Of a DNA stretch of 64,000 bases, positions 13,370 through 27,900 are shown one piece after another. The notes under the pieces are model-generated. The model was not told the DNA's origin and ran no database searches. It saw only the letters and a list, made by a program, of their open reading frames with translations. Source of the stretch: Chrysomallon squamiferum (Eukaryota > Animalia > Mollusca); NCBI GenBank assembly GCA_012295275.1, contig CM022672.1, forward strand, positions 33,418,001 to 33,482,000, read 5' to 3'. The translations under genes and the position numbers were made by a program. The stretch's first letter is position 1. Each line of letters opens with the position of its first letter.

Positions 13370-14922
13370 ATCATAAATAATGTTATATTTTTGTTGTCAT
13401 CGGGGTTTTGTTGTGTCCATATATATCGGTGTCCGTGTGTATATGTGAGTGTGTGAGTACGTGTGTGTGTGTCTCTGTGTGTGTAAATCTGTTTGTGTGT
13501 AATATTGTCAAGTTTATGTATATACACACACACACATACACAGAAACACACACACACACACACACGCGCACACACACTCACATATACACACGAATACCAA
13601 GATAAGCGAAACGAATTCCTGAAAAAGCTCATTGTTTTGTTTGTTACTTTTATTTTAACTTTTTATCTGAGATTTACGTTAAAACGATGTGAATTTCTGC
13701 CACATGACAGTTATTAAAAACGATTAGAAGCAGATTGTCAGATTTGTGTGAACCAATCAAAAACGCGTACACAGTGCCTCTTTTATTATTATTATTAGTA
13801 GTAGTAGTAGGAGTAGTATTAGTAGAAGTAGTAGTAGTAGTAGCATTTTTTTTAAAAATTTTGCTTATGTGAAATTGCCTCTTTAGTCGGATCTATGTGC
13901 AAAAGTCACAAGCGACTGAGTCTACAGAATTACATTATTAGTAATAGTAATAGGTAGTAGTAGGTGTAAAAGTTGTAGTAGTAGTAATAACAATTATTAA
14001 AATAACAGAGATTTAATTTGTTTTGTTTTTTTGCTTATTTGTTTATTTATTTATATATTTTTGTTCTATTTAAATTTACTATTTCTTATAGTAAACTTAC
14101 GACTTTAAATAACATAGCTATCCACACTTCTTCAACCACTCTTCTTCCTTGCTGACATGGCAATATAAAAAAAATACCTCGCAATAAAATATAAATTTAC
14201 ATTACTCATAGCGATTTTGGTTGTTGGCTGTATTTCATAAATACAGATAACGTCATTTAAGCAGTAAGAACTGAAGTTAGTTGCAGTGGTACAACACTGA
14301 AGTAGTCACATGTTAGCTCCAGACATGTTTTGGGTAATATTTCTAGTATCTGTTATAATCAACCGTCTCAGTTTCTTAATTACACAGTCATCGGGTGCAC
14401 AAAGTGGAGTCGTTGGCATTTTGGAAGGTAACACCTCTTATGCGCTTGGCCCTGAGGCATTGCTTTTCAGTGATGTTTCATCAAACCGTTTGTGATAGAC
14501 ACTATGAATCTATTTTTGTTGCTGCTGCTGCTGCTGAATATGACGATGATGTTACAGTTTCAAAATGTCCATTTGTATCTATTGTATGTTTGTGGGTGTG
14601 TGTGTCTCTCTCTCTCTGGGAGGTTATGAGACATACATTACACTTACAGATGTACATTAACAGTTGTGCTATGATGTATGCATTTCTGACAGTATTAGTT
14701 TTAGTGATAATTGTAGTTACAGTAGAAGTAGTAGCTGCATTAGCAGCATATTTAATAGTAATAGTAGAAGTACTAGTATTAGTAGCAGAAGTACTAGTTA
14801 CAGCAGTAGCAGTACTATAGTAACAGTAGTTGTAGTCATTGTGACAGTGGTTAGTAGTTGTCAACTCGTAATAGTAAAATAGTAATATAGAATAGAGCCA
14901 CTGATATGTTTGACACACGCAG

Positions 14923-15256
14923 GTATGGTTCGAGTGTGGGAATGGTACCAGAGGGATGCGTTATCAAGAAACATGGTTGTGACAGTCTGATTGTGAAAAC
15001 TGACAATGAGTTACAGAGGGATGTGTTATCAAGAAACATGGTTGTGACAGTCTGATTGTGAAAACTGACAATGAGTTACAGAGGGATGTGTTATCAAGAA
15101 ACATGGTTGTGACAGTTTGATTGTGAAAACTGACAATGAATTACAGAGAGATGTGTTATCAAGAAACATGGTTGTGACAATTTGATTGTGAAAACTGACA
15201 ATGAGTTACTGAACTGCTACACGGGAGAATACATTCACATTGTCCAGTGGAAGTAA
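14923..15256 (+). pseudogene. second copy of the 65-bp-repeat MSP exon 3 (12-bp in-frame deletion near the start)
   Basis: Same acceptor; units at 14949, 15014, 15079 and 15144; ends LNCYTGEYIHIVQWK*. Confidence 0.8.
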
Positions 15257-15512
15257 CACTACAGCATTAATGTTTGTAATTCACGGAATTAAATTCGTCA
15301 AGCCTTCGCAAAATATTCGTTTTCCGTCAGAAACTGTGCAGACTGAAATCTATCTAACTGTCTGTCTGATGGTCTAATCCGTCTGTCTTTACTTGTATCT
15401 CTGTGTCTGTTTATCTATCTCTCTGCCTGTCTGTGTGTCTAATTCTGTTTGTATATTTGTATCTCTCTTTATCGCAGTCTGTCTGTCTGTATATATATAT
15501 ATATATACATAC

Positions 15513-15611
<99 letters not shown>

Positions 15612-15613
15612 TA

Positions 15614-15660
<47 letters not shown>

Positions 15661-15697
15661 TTTGTTACAAACCAAAATTATAAAAATTATGGATAAC

Positions 15698-15897
15698 NNN
15701 NNNNNNNNNNNNNNNNNNNNNNNNNNNNNNNNNNNNNNNNNNNNNNNNNNNNNNNNNNNNNNNNNNNNNNNNNNNNNNNNNNNNNNNNNNNNNNNNNNNN
15801 NNNNNNNNNNNNNNNNNNNNNNNNNNNNNNNNNNNNNNNNNNNNNNNNNNNNNNNNNNNNNNNNNNNNNNNNNNNNNNNNNNNNNNNNNNNNNNNNN
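15698..15897. other. assembly gap (200 N)
   Basis: Run of exactly 200 N; the true size is unknown. Confidence 0.99.
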
Positions 15898-18800
15898 CTT
15901 GCTGTGAAGAGGTCGAAAACATCAAAGCAAGTAACCTGGGTTTCTGTTTTTAATGACCATGGGTTTCCAGGATATTTCAATAACCTTGAATCATTTTATG
16001 ACCATAAAGATAATAAACCGGATTATTTGCAGATTCAAACTACTTCACGTAAGTTCGCATTTACCAGATTCTCTGGCACCACAGTTCGAACTATCTTCAG
16101 TCAGAAACAAACTGATCAGAAGAGAAAGCACATATCAAGTACTAAAGCACTGAAACTTGCTGAGATACTGAAAACTCTTGGTATGAAAATCATTGAAGGT
16201 CCGCTCTGGATATTTAAAAATTTTGTAAGTGCTGGCTTTGGTGAGCAAGTGCAGTGTGTGAAACCAGAAAATGTCATAACATTTCTGAAATCATGTAATA
16301 CAGGAGGGATGAGAGATAAATGTTTAATAGGAAAGTTACCAGAAAAAGTCGAAAAAACTCCATTTGTTGATAAAGCAACAGTAAAACTGGTTATAAAATT
16401 CTGCATGAAAGATGATAATATCGAAATTGATGGACTCCCTCTGTGTTTGAATAATGCAAACGAGCTTAGCATTTTCAGCAGAGAAAATATAATTTTTCTA
16501 ACAATGTTTACAGATCTCATTAAAGGTTCACCAGATAGGTGTTTGCACAAGGATATTGTCAGTTTATTTTCAAAGTGCAAAGAAAGTCTGGTTTTGAAAA
16601 GTTTGGACATCAGTGATTTATCTTTGCTGCTGAAAGACACAGTGGACGAAACTGTGTTTAAACAAGGCAAAGCTGTGGACTGGGATAGCACTAATCATCC
16701 AACAGAAGAGTGGATTCGAAGTTTATGGAAGTTTCTTTCTAGTGAACTAGAAAAAGAATTCTCTGAGAAACAGTTGTCGATTTCCAGCTTTGGTGAAATA
16801 AGCGAATGGAGCCTATTGCCTGTCAGAGTAATTCGAGAAGATAAGAATCAGACAAAAGTAATACAAGATCAGCTGCATCCCATAGGTAAAGCTGGAGATG
16901 TCATAAATCTCTCGTTTCAAACAAATTATAATTTGGTGGAAGCATTCAAAACGGTGGGATTGTCATTTTACAACTGCAGTGCATTTCAATCAGACAGAGA
17001 TGTAAGAGAATTTGCAGCGTTCATTACAGCAGATCCAAAGAACCCACTCTCTGTTCTTCAGGCACTTTCTTATCACCATTATAAACAAAATCCAACAGCA
17101 GAAGTAGGCTGCACTTTGCTGGAATATTTTCGTAACAATTTGAGACTGCTACCCTCTGACACAGACTGGATTATCAGAATGCTGAAAAGCTTACCACTTT
17201 TTGTTACAGTATTATCTACGACCAAGCCACTGATAAACTGTGATCCAGTGTTTGTGATAAATGAATATCCCAAAATACCTGCAGACGGATTAGAAATCTG
17301 GTCTCATGAAATTTGCAAAACTATTTTTAAATCAGAATATTCATTAAAAGATTTGTATAAATTTATGGACATTACTGTTCATTCTACATCCGGATTTTAT
17401 AGTAATTTCATTTTACCAAAGTTTCAAATTTTGCAAAACGAAGCAAGAGCTATTCACTTAAGATATATAAAAAATAATCTACTGAAAAAAGGATTTGGTT
17501 CTGAATGGCGTTCTGATCAAGAAATTTTAGTGCAAGCATTGAAAAGCTTGCCCTTCATAGAGAGGCTAGATGGTACATTTTGCAGAGCATGTGAATTTTA
17601 CAGCAAAAAAGTTGATGTATTTTGTGTGATGTGTCCAGACAATACATTACCTCCAGCACCATATAATGATGATAAGTGGTATGACTTTCTCCTGTTGGCT
17701 GGTATGAAGGACGAAGTTACTGTTGAAGATTTTGTCAAGTTTGCTTTTGAAATCCAGACACTGAGCTGTGAAGGAATAACAGATAAAATTGTACATATGT
17801 CCAACACTCTTACTGAACATTTGTTTAGCAGACCCAATCTGTTAGGAGAAAACCTCCTTCCTAAAATTAAGAACATTAAGTTTCTGTTACCATTTAGTGT
17901 CAAACATAAACATGGGGACATACTGGCTAACATCCATTCTCAAGTAGAAAGTGGATCAAAGTTAATTGCTTTTAATGGATCTGTTTCTTCTGAAAATTGT
18001 TATTTGGTTTGGACAAGTTGCTATATCTGCCCTAAAGTTCCACGCATTTCTGATAATATTCTCTCAGAGCTTGGTGTTAAGCTTACTCCAGATAAACAAA
18101 GTGTCATTTCCCATCTCCAAAATATTTCATATTCTTTATTGAAAATGAAAGAATCAGAGATGAAGAATATAAAAAAGTTTTTGGAAGAAATAATGGAAAC
18201 GATTTATGAGTTCTTAGAAAAAAATAGTATTACTGAACAAGACAAAAACAACCTGGCAGATTACTCAGTTATATATCTCAATGACATGGGACGTATGGTT
18301 AAAGCAAGAGATATCGTCATTGAGCTTGCAGAAAAAGATGCCATTCCAGGCTATATATTTCAGTTACCTAACCGCTTCAGTAAATATTGTTCTCTGTTTG
18401 AAAAACTTGGTGCTAGCAAGATTATTACTGCTAATCGTTGCGCAGATGTTTTGAGACAAAAGCATTTGGAAACTGGTGGTGGTAAATTAAATCCCAATGA
18501 CTGGAAGGTGGTACAAAAGGCAGTAGAGATGCTTTTCAGGTGTTTGTCAGAGAAGCATTACTCAAAAGAACTTTCTTGTTCCACCTTATTTCTTCCAAGT
18601 TCACTCGAAACACTTATTTTATCCAACAAATTAGTCTTTTCAGATAACCCGGCTTTACAGACCGATGTTATGCCCCTAAATTTTACATACTTTATTGGAT
18701 TTCATCAGCTTCAGATCGAAGAGTTCAATGTTATTGATATGATAAATAAACTTCCAGAACAGCATAGACCAATGAACTTATCTTCCATAGTTCAGGATCA

Positions 18801-20172
18801 TGTTACGTTTGAATGTCAGAGAAAAGCTTTCAGGGGTCCAAATGCATCTGCATATTTAGCGCATATTTACTCACCGTATTTTATAACAGGTGTGATTCGA
18901 CTTATAAATCATCAACAAGCTGACAAGCCTTTGGAAAAAGAAACAGTGAAGTCAGTTGAGTTTAAATTTTCTAACATGAATATTCTTGAAGTAAATAACT
19001 TGCAGACAAATTTGATTTATGCCAATGAACCTGTTCAAGGGAGTCAGAGGGAACGAAAATGTTTCATTGAGTTTTCATCTGAAAATAAAGATCAGGTTAC
19101 TATGTATATAGATGAACAAACCTGTCAAAGCAAGAAAGAAATATTTTTCAAGATAGCAGAAAAACTTGATTTCATGGTAGGTGGACGGATTGGTAGAAAA
19201 ATAATTCATTTACCTGAAATGCTTCAAATGAAAGTGGAAGATATTTGTTTCTATCTTGATGAAAAAAGAATAAAATCTTTCAGTTATACTCCTCAAGTAA
19301 ACAAATCTCTGTTTCCACAATCTGGAGAGTTAATTCCCGAAGAATTTCACTGGATGCTCAACAATAACTTTGAAAATTTAGATGAAAATGAATATGTGGG
19401 AATAGAAATCCATGATCCAGCTATCAGTGAAGCATGTGCTGCAGAATATTTGGAAAATGATTCAACTGATGCAGTATATATTTATGCAATTGTTAAGTCA
19501 ATTGAAGAACAGGGTGCATCCCCCTGTTTGACTAAATATAAAGTGGAAGTGGAACCTGGAAGAGTTGAAGAAATAAATGCTACAAGACTATATACATTTT
19601 GGAGAAAAGTTGACCAGGAGCTTGTTGAGTCTGATGTAGAGCCTTCTACTCCTGATTTATGTGACATTCAGAAAGAAATTCGGAAGACACTGAAAGAAGC
19701 TTGGCGTAGTTTAGATACATATGATCGTAAAAGAGTGGTAAAGAGACTTTACCTGAAATGGCATCCAGACAAGAATCCACCAGAGAGACAAGGTATCTGC
19801 ACCAAAGTGTGTCAGTACATTCAAAACTGTGTTGCAAAATTAGACAGAGGTGAAGACATAAGTGATATTACAGATGGAACGTTTTCATGGGAACCTCCAT
19901 TTTACCAGTCATCATTTTTCGCTAACATGGACAGAAGATCCAGGTCACAAAGGGACTATTATTATAATTACCAACAGCAATCAAGAAATTCCTCATCCTC
20001 GACATATTCTGCTTTCAGTTTCCATTCAGCCACAAGAGAAAATGCCTACCCACATAAACCAGAAGCAAGAAGATGGCTGCGTCAAGCAAACATTGATCTG
20101 GAAATGGCAAACAAAGCACTTTCAAATCCAGAATATGATGCTTTCAACTGGATCTGCTTCAAATCTCACCAG
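15898..20172 (+). CDS. SACS: sacsin-like protein, giant penultimate coding exon (5' truncated by the gap); C-terminal sacsin region, J domain and start of HEPN
   Basis: Open frame of about 1425 codons from the gap edge to the donor CAG|GTAAGT at 20172/20173. It contains sacsin-like segments (GLPLCL..; LKSLPFI..DGTF..A.EFY; LVWTS), a J domain IRKTLKEAW..RKRVVKRLYLKWHPDKNP, and the HEPN start EARRWLRQANIDLEMA..NWICFKSHQ. The GTG 'start' at 15904 is an artefact. Confidence 0.93.
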
Positions 20173-20545
20173 GTAAGTTAAATGTGTTTGAAAGTAACAG
20201 ACATATTCTGCCTTTTTTTAATAGTATTTTTTTTAATTGTAAATGTTTAATTTTCTACATATTTTAGTAACAGTGGAATTAAAAAAAGAAACTATTTTGA
20301 CTAGGTCATTGTTTATACAATTTAGAGTTAGTGTTTTATAATGTAGTAAATAAGATCATAGTACAAAAAAAAAAAAAAAAAAAAAAGAACACAAACGACA
20401 ACAAACACTAAATAAAACAAAGGTAAAAATATCAGATCAAGATAAACAGAAGAGAAAGATATGTTATGAAACGAGATGCATGTATGTATGTATGTATGTA
20501 TGTATGTATGTATGTATGTATGTATGTTTTTTCCTTTTTTATTAG

Positions 20546-20839
20546 GCTGCTGAAAAGGCTTTGAAAGCCATGCTTTATAATCAGGATGCTCGTAAGGCTG
20601 ACCAAGTGCGAACTCATGATCTTCAATCCATCACCAGTTACTTACAATCTGAGACTCGGATGAATCTGTCGGATCTTGTGAACAGGCTCGAAGATCTTGT
20701 TTATAGTTACAATCGTATGAGATATCCAGATCGTTTGGCATACCCTCAGATTCCTTCTGATGTGTACAGCAAAGAGACTGCTAAAAGTATATATGATCTT
20801 GCAAGTGCTATTTTGAATTATGTAAAATGTCATGTGTAA
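20546..20839 (+). CDS. SACS: sacsin-like protein, last coding exon (rest of the HEPN domain)
   Basis: Acceptor ttttattag|GCT at 20545/20546, phase 0. It joins HQ|AAEKALKAMLY...THDLQS...RMRYPDRLAYPQIPSDVYS...KCHV*, the typical sacsin HEPN motifs (Q-AEKALKA, HDL, RYPD). Confidence 0.92.
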   Translation, partial: AAEKALKAMLYNQDARKADQVRTHDLQSITSYLQSETRMNLSDLVNRLEDLVYSYNRMRYPDRLAYPQIPSDVYSKETAKSIYDLASAILNYVKCHV

Positions 20840-21038
20840 TAGATGGGAAACAAATCAGGTAATTATATCTGTCTTGAAAACAATATTATAATGAACTCAA
20901 ATTAAAAGAATCAAAATTATCTTTTTGCAAAAACATTTGGTGTTGATAATAATTTCTGTAGTGGCTTAGTTAAAAATTGAAAATATATATATATATATAT
21001 ATATAAAATAATTAGTTTCAAAACAAAGTTTCCCCAAT

Positions 21039-21148
<110 letters not shown>

Positions 21149-21837
21149 TATAATAATATGTACATTCATTTCAATAATTATTGTTTGTTATAAACATGGT
21201 AAAATTTCAGAATACTATTATCAACTGAATTAGCATGCTATGTGATACAGAATTAAGTAACATTTCAGAATATTTTACATAAAGAATTTGATAAACTTGC
21301 AATAATTATCATGTATGCAGTTGTCTAATAAATATTATAGATAATTATATTACTTTCAACATATTATTAAATGCAGTTTGATTTCTTTATATTTTTGCAT
21401 AGGGAATTTTGTAAAATTTTAAAATAGGATGACATGTAGAATTTGTAATAATTCAGTACAGCTTTACATTCAAACCTGGATACACTTTATTTGAAAAAAA
21501 GTATCAAGTACAATTTCAGTTTTATCATTCCTAGATTTGTCACTGCTGCTGGTTATTTGACTCTTTATTGAAACATTTTTGATTACAGACAAAAATAGTC
21601 TTGGTAATTTACTGTTGATGATAATTATCACAGAAATTGTGTTGTTTTATAGATATTTCTATTTTTAATGTATTCTGTTTTTCACTTTCAGATTTCACTG
21701 GACAGGTTATCTGAAGGATGTCAGTTTGAAAGTTGTTATCTATGTTACTATTACCGTTATTAAAGTATTGATGTGATGTATAGTTTCAATTAGAATTGCA
21801 ACATAGAATTAATGCTTGTTCCGGACAAAAACATTGA

Positions 21838-21929
<92 letters not shown>

Positions 21930-24621
21930 CATTCATATATACATACATACATACATATAGATATAATCTTTCTTTTGTTGAAATAGTATTTTTATATATT
22001 TTGTCATCATGTTTCAAATGTAGATGTATGTATAATTATATATGAATGCTTTAAAAGTATTCAGCAGTGCTTTTTTATATAAATATGTTGACAGATGTAA
22101 CTGCTAAAAAAAAATTAAAAAGAAGAAGAGAAAATGAAGAACAAAACATAAGCAGTAATAAGAATTGCTATATTTGTCAGAAAATATACTTTTTATTTTA
22201 AAATAACAAAGGTAAATGTTAGTAACAAGTTGTATGTGATGTCTCTATATACATATATTTATATACATATATCTCTGTAATAATATGATGCACACTTTCA
22301 AAGAACAAAACTAAACAGCCCTGTAATTTTTTAAAATTCTGATGAGATGTATTATTTGCTTTTGCTTTGTTTTAATTTTCACTGCTCATTTAAAATGGTG
22401 ATATATGTTTATATTTATATTTGAGTCTCCGATTTGCAGGTTATCATTATTGAAACACATTTGTCAAGCTGGATTGTTTATAATTATATTTCTTGTTGAT
22501 GTTTTATTTGTATGTATTTTACGTTGATTTAAACCTACGACTATCATAGAAAAAAAAAATAGAAAAAAAGCAGGAAAAAAAAATGAGAACAAGACTTCAA
22601 AAAGGAAAATAAATAGTAACAGTATTTACATAATAGTTTCATATATAAATCAGTTGTACTTTATTTGATTTGAAAAAATTACAATCTTCAAAGAGATGAA
22701 TATGAAACAATAATGCTAAAAGAGAAAAACAATATAAAATAATTTTTATGTTATATGTATATCTGTGAACACACAGAGACACACACACACACACACACAC
22801 ATATAATTATAAACAGAACTGTGTAATATTACGGTTTGACCTTTGGAATATTTTGTATAAAGACTCTACTTGTCTGGTTATCTACTACTGACTATATAAT
22901 TATCATTGAATTGTTTTGTAGTTGATGACTAGTGTCATCTGCAGTTGTGTTGTGGATTGATGTGAATTGAAATACACTAGCAGCATGAAATAGTCTTAAG
23001 ACAGGTGTTCAAATGTCAGTTAGTTCAAATATAGCAAAACTAAATTTTGTTGAGATCGTACAATTATTGCTTGAACGAAAAAACCAAAGTATTTGGTTCA
23101 TAAAAATATTATTTTGATAGACTTTTGTTTTCAAAATTTGCTTATTGAATATATATTATTAAAAGTTGTTTTAATCCTTACTTATGTGTTACAGATATAT
23201 ATATATATATAATATGTAAGAATAATGTTTGATATGATAATGTGTTTTGTCATATATAGATATTTACTGTTATAAAATGTAAGTTATGTTATTTACACAA
23301 GTGGTGATAGGGATGGATAGAAAAATAGTTTTCCTTTTGTATTTTAATACTTGTAATACTGATGAATTGTAAGAAATGTTACTTTGATTTTAAAATATTC
23401 CATTTATATCAACAACAACTAAAAAATAACAAGGAGCTGATAGATATGTTATAAATATGTAGAATTAGTTTTTTTCTGGTTTTCATTTTGTATTCAGTAA
23501 GTTGTTTTTGGCAGTTTTAAGACTAAATCAAGTGCAAATCACACGATTTATGTTTACCTTACATTTAATTTACTAATATCAACCAGTGATTAATAATTAA
23601 TTCTAATTTTAGTATGTATATTATTATAAATATTTTGGTTTTGTATTTTTAAAAGCATTTTGTTTTTTAAAATTAATATTAAAATATGTTTTGAATGATA
23701 CGAACTTCATACAATTTGCTTAGCAAATAATCTGATGATACATGTTGGCAAATTTTCATTTGATATATAATATTAAGTGTGTTGATAAACAGCTTAACAG
23801 TGATAAATAAGTGGTGTTAATATAAAAATAATCTACAAATAAAAGAGAAACATTTTCTGATGTGTCAGCAGATTACAAAATTGGCTTGGTTAAATCAAGC
23901 AGTAGTTAATAAACCAACATGCTCGATTATAATTAATAACTTCATTTCATATCCTAATAGAGAAAATGTATTGTATCATATGAAGAAGAAGTATCTTGGC
24001 TATAAATTGTTTTTGTTCATAACTACTTGAATTATTATTATTATTATTAAAGAATATTATTTTATTTAGTTGTGTAAGTTGATCACCTGCAAGTCATATG
24101 TGACAACACAAGTGATGATAGGTTTTGAATGAAGACCATAAACTTTTTAACATAATTTTTATATTTATTTCCATATTATTATTATCTTATGACATTTATA
24201 AATCTATGTATAGATTCATCTAAACATGAATTTCATTTTAAAATATTTATTTATCAATTAGTATTATAATTATTTAAAATGTAGGTATTTTGGCTATTAA
24301 TATTTTGTTTAATCATGACAGCTTGAGACAGGTGAATGTTAACACATGAATTCATAAGCTTTATGCAAATTAAGATTTGAATTAATATTTAATCTGAAGA
24401 AAAAGAAAGGATTTCTTTTCTATATCTCTGAACCTATAAAAAGTTACAAAATATTTGTTAGAGTCATCAGTGTTCTAAGACAAAAGACTGTTGTAAACTC
24501 ACCATATAATAATACCACATTACCATGTGCTTCAGGAAAATCTGGTCTAAGTTTGCCAAAAAATGTCCTTAACATGTGTATGTTATAAGAATAGGTATAA
24601 TAATATTAATAATAATAATAC

Positions 24622-24691
<70 letters not shown>

Positions 24692-25574
24692 CATAAACAT
24701 ATTCATGTTAAGTAACATTAAGAAAAAAAGAAAGGAAAAGAAAAGAATTTATTAAATGAAACAGTTGTCAAAACTTACCTCGTATAGACAGTTTAAAATA
24801 CAGCTGGATGGTGCGACCGAGTACGGGGGTATCGTAAAATAATATTTCATTTTTCTAATCATCTTGTATTTACTTTTTTTATCGTCTGCTTCGTTCACCT
24901 ACTTTATAAACTAGAGTTACTTCCCTTCCTTTACTAACGAAGACCTTATTGTAACAGTATGTTTTATTTATAGTTGAGTTCGATATCATATATATATATA
25001 TATACCTGACTTTTTATATAATTTTTTGTTTTTTATTTTTTAAACTTTATGGTTTTTTGTTTATATAAATCATTGACTTATTTACTTATTGTAGTCGTCT
25101 GCTTCTTTGAACTGCTTATTATCTAGAGTTACTTCCCTTCTGTCAATAACAAAATATTTGATTTTTTCATCGATGTTCGATATCTAATAAAAATAAATAT
25201 GTTATTGCAAATTGAATAACGATGATTATGAGTAACTAACTAGGTCGTAACTAACATAGCTAATCGATTAGAAAACATTTAAGGTAATTTAAATTTTTAC
25301 TTTTATTGTCACTGTCGTTAAAATATTTAATTTAGAAAAAATATATTATGCTTACTTTTATTTTTCTTTGTATTCTTCATTTTAATACTTTAATTATTTA
25401 TCTTCAGTGTAAATTATATCGATAACAATGTGTGCTAAGTAATAAATAAATATAGACAAAAAGAAAATGTTTGTTTATTTTATTAAAATGTATTTTGATT
25501 CTTAACATCGTCTATTTTCAATCGTTCTTTTTTGACTGACACCATTTTGGAAACATTAATGATAGGACAAAAAG

Positions 25575-25985
25575 CAAGGACAAAACAAAGGAAATTATGT
25601 AGGTGTGTAACAGGCCTCTGATGTGGTTGAACATGGCGTTTTGATCCAGATAATAAAAGCTCTAGACACAATAATTCAGACTAAACTGGTTTCGATCCTA
25701 TTTACGTGAGTCACATGATGTGGAAGAAATCGGTGGCATTACTTCTATCATGGGTCGCATATTCTTTTTCATCTAATGCGAACGATATCCCATTAGATGT
25801 CTAGGGTAAATTATTATTCTATACCGACGACTGCTCTGCTATTGCTAGACAGAAACACAACAGAATTTCAGCAGTAACTTTGGAATGAACTAGAATGAAC
25901 ATTGCGTTGCTAATTGATAATAAATTGTCTCTTCACTTGGGAAAGACTGAGTCAATTCTCTTTGCGTGAAACATGAAACAGCGTA
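25575..25985 (+). mobile_element. decayed CR1/L2-group LINE reverse transcriptase fragment
   Basis: Pieces KGNYVG, VEHGVLIQIIKALD, NWFRSYL, NDIPLDV*GKLLFYTDDCS (the YADD region) and LIDNKLSLHLGKTESILF, with stops and frameshifts. Confidence 0.82.
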
Positions 25986-26329
25986 GAGGGGTGAGGAAGA
26001 GAGACGATCTTGTCTTTCTTTAACGTAAAACCCGGTTATCTATGAAACTTTAGTTCATTTGACACAGTTCTTTTAACTAACTATGTTTATTTTATTATAG
26101 TACTATTTTTTATATTTATATTCTTCAGATAATCTAATCTCTGTATATGAAATAAAGAAAAGATGAAGTAACGACAGATGTTAAACATGTATTGATAGTA
26201 ATATGTAAATAATCTCTTTCTGACTGTCAACATCTGCTAATAATTAGTTCTTTTACACGAATATACGCAATACCGAGTTTTTAAATTTTGAAGATACATT
26301 AAATAGTGATCAGTTTTGTTTGAGGAACT

Positions 26330-27900
26330 AAAGCACCTTTGAAATTTTACCCACCTAATGGTTTCTCTTTTCTCTTTGATTCCACGGGATTCACCAACGT
26401 CCTCAGAAACTCAATCGAGGTTTGAGTCCAGGCTCTGGTTCTGGGTATGGAGGGAGAAGCGGGAAACGGGCGGTTGCAGAAGACAGCGGTTCCGTTTGAT
26501 GATCACGGAGGTCACGGAGAGAACTTGAAACTTTAGCCTTGCTTTGATCAGCGTTTTGCAGCGGAATCTGGTATGATAGGAGAAACTAGATCCTATAAAG
26601 GGTTGTGTTTTTGTTAGTAATTTATTTTCACTTCTTAATGCAGTTTTCGTTGATCAGCCATATGGTTGTCTGGTACACTGGGCGAACATAATGAATGTGG
26701 TGTTGGGGACCAGTGAGCCATTTTCTGTGGGTTTCGATAAGCCACTCTGATGTTCCATGGGCAGGTGGCTCATTGGATCCCACTGCATTTCAAACGAACA
26801 GATAACTGATAGGTACTTAATTACTGGTATTACTTTACTTCATGATAGATTAGAATGGTGTATATCCTATAAAAAGATTACCTAGAAAGAAAAAATACGG
26901 AAGAAAGTGAGAGGTCTCTTCTCATACAATTTAGTGGCAAGTTTGATGCGTTCCATCTTGAATACGATTCAGCAATAGTTTAGGACTCTTGAAACTGCGT
27001 TGAAACCATAGAAGCTGAGTCAGTAGCACAATATGCCCTAGACTGAGATCAGTGTGTTGAAAATGTATTTCAACACCTTAGTTCATAGCTGTATGTGCAC
27101 TTGAAATGAAATTTATGAAAAGGATTTACAAGAGTGTTGTTTCTAGGTAGTTTTACTGTTTGATATCATGACCCACAGGATCCCTTTCCCTGGGGCCTGA
27201 TGGGATATCACGGCCAATGTTAATAAAGAGTTTACGATAACGATGATGTTGAAGAAAACCTATCAAATTCTATATTTTAATCTCAAGCAATAAGGCCTCT
27301 ATAAGCTTCAACAGTTTCTCTATGAGCAGCTGTCAAGGTTTTCATGAAATGATCAATTATCTGAAAAATGGCTGATCGCCCCTTGCAATTTCTGTTGAGA
27401 TATCCTTCATGTCTAGATCCAAAATAGGTGTACTATCCTAGTTTTTAAGCGTTTCTATGTATTTTAATGCTATATGCGTTTGCAGTATTTTCCTTAGCAG
27501 AGAGAGAGAGAGAGAAATCTGAGAGAGAGAGAGAGAGAGAGAGACACTGCTACAGCAGCTTTTTAAATGACTGCACACCGATAAGGACAACCCAAATTGT
27601 CACTGTCACTTGTTCAGTAGCTAAAGATTTGAATACTGATTTATTTGGCTGACACTTGAACTCTTTCATTGAAATACACTTTTAAAAAGCAGCTGGCTTC
27701 CTTTATCATCACAATGGCGACCGTAACGTCGCGATTTATCAAATCTCTTCAGTGATGCAGGCTGTTTAAAACATTTTTCAAAGGTACGTGAACGAGACAT
27801 TTTATTGAGAAATAATGCAGATGTCTGTTTATGATTTGTCAACTGAACGAGAAATGGTGCACGCATTGTTGATATAATATTTGTCACATCGCGACACACA
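26330..27900 (-). mobile_element. probable very decayed Gypsy-type LTR retrotransposon integrase region
   Basis: Across the copies, motifs occur in the expected order: CKGRSAIFKIIDHF (compare GxxYLLTIIDRF), LPRVL..TAAE (compare LPLVLLG..TAAE), PYGRSKKTALRSEKKF (compare PYDGPYKVLKRSDKxF), SID, and TIRSVKF. The similarity was judged by eye only. Confidence 0.4.

Noticed and set aside
16116-20833. Minus-strand and off-frame ORFs within sacsin
   Set aside because: They are shadow ORFs of a long coding exon.
26330-26800. RTE-type LINE reverse transcriptase reading of the IMFAQ..RE and LRDL segments
   Set aside because: The spacing is inconsistent and there is no FADD motif. The ordered Gypsy integrase motifs fit better, though that call is also uncertain.
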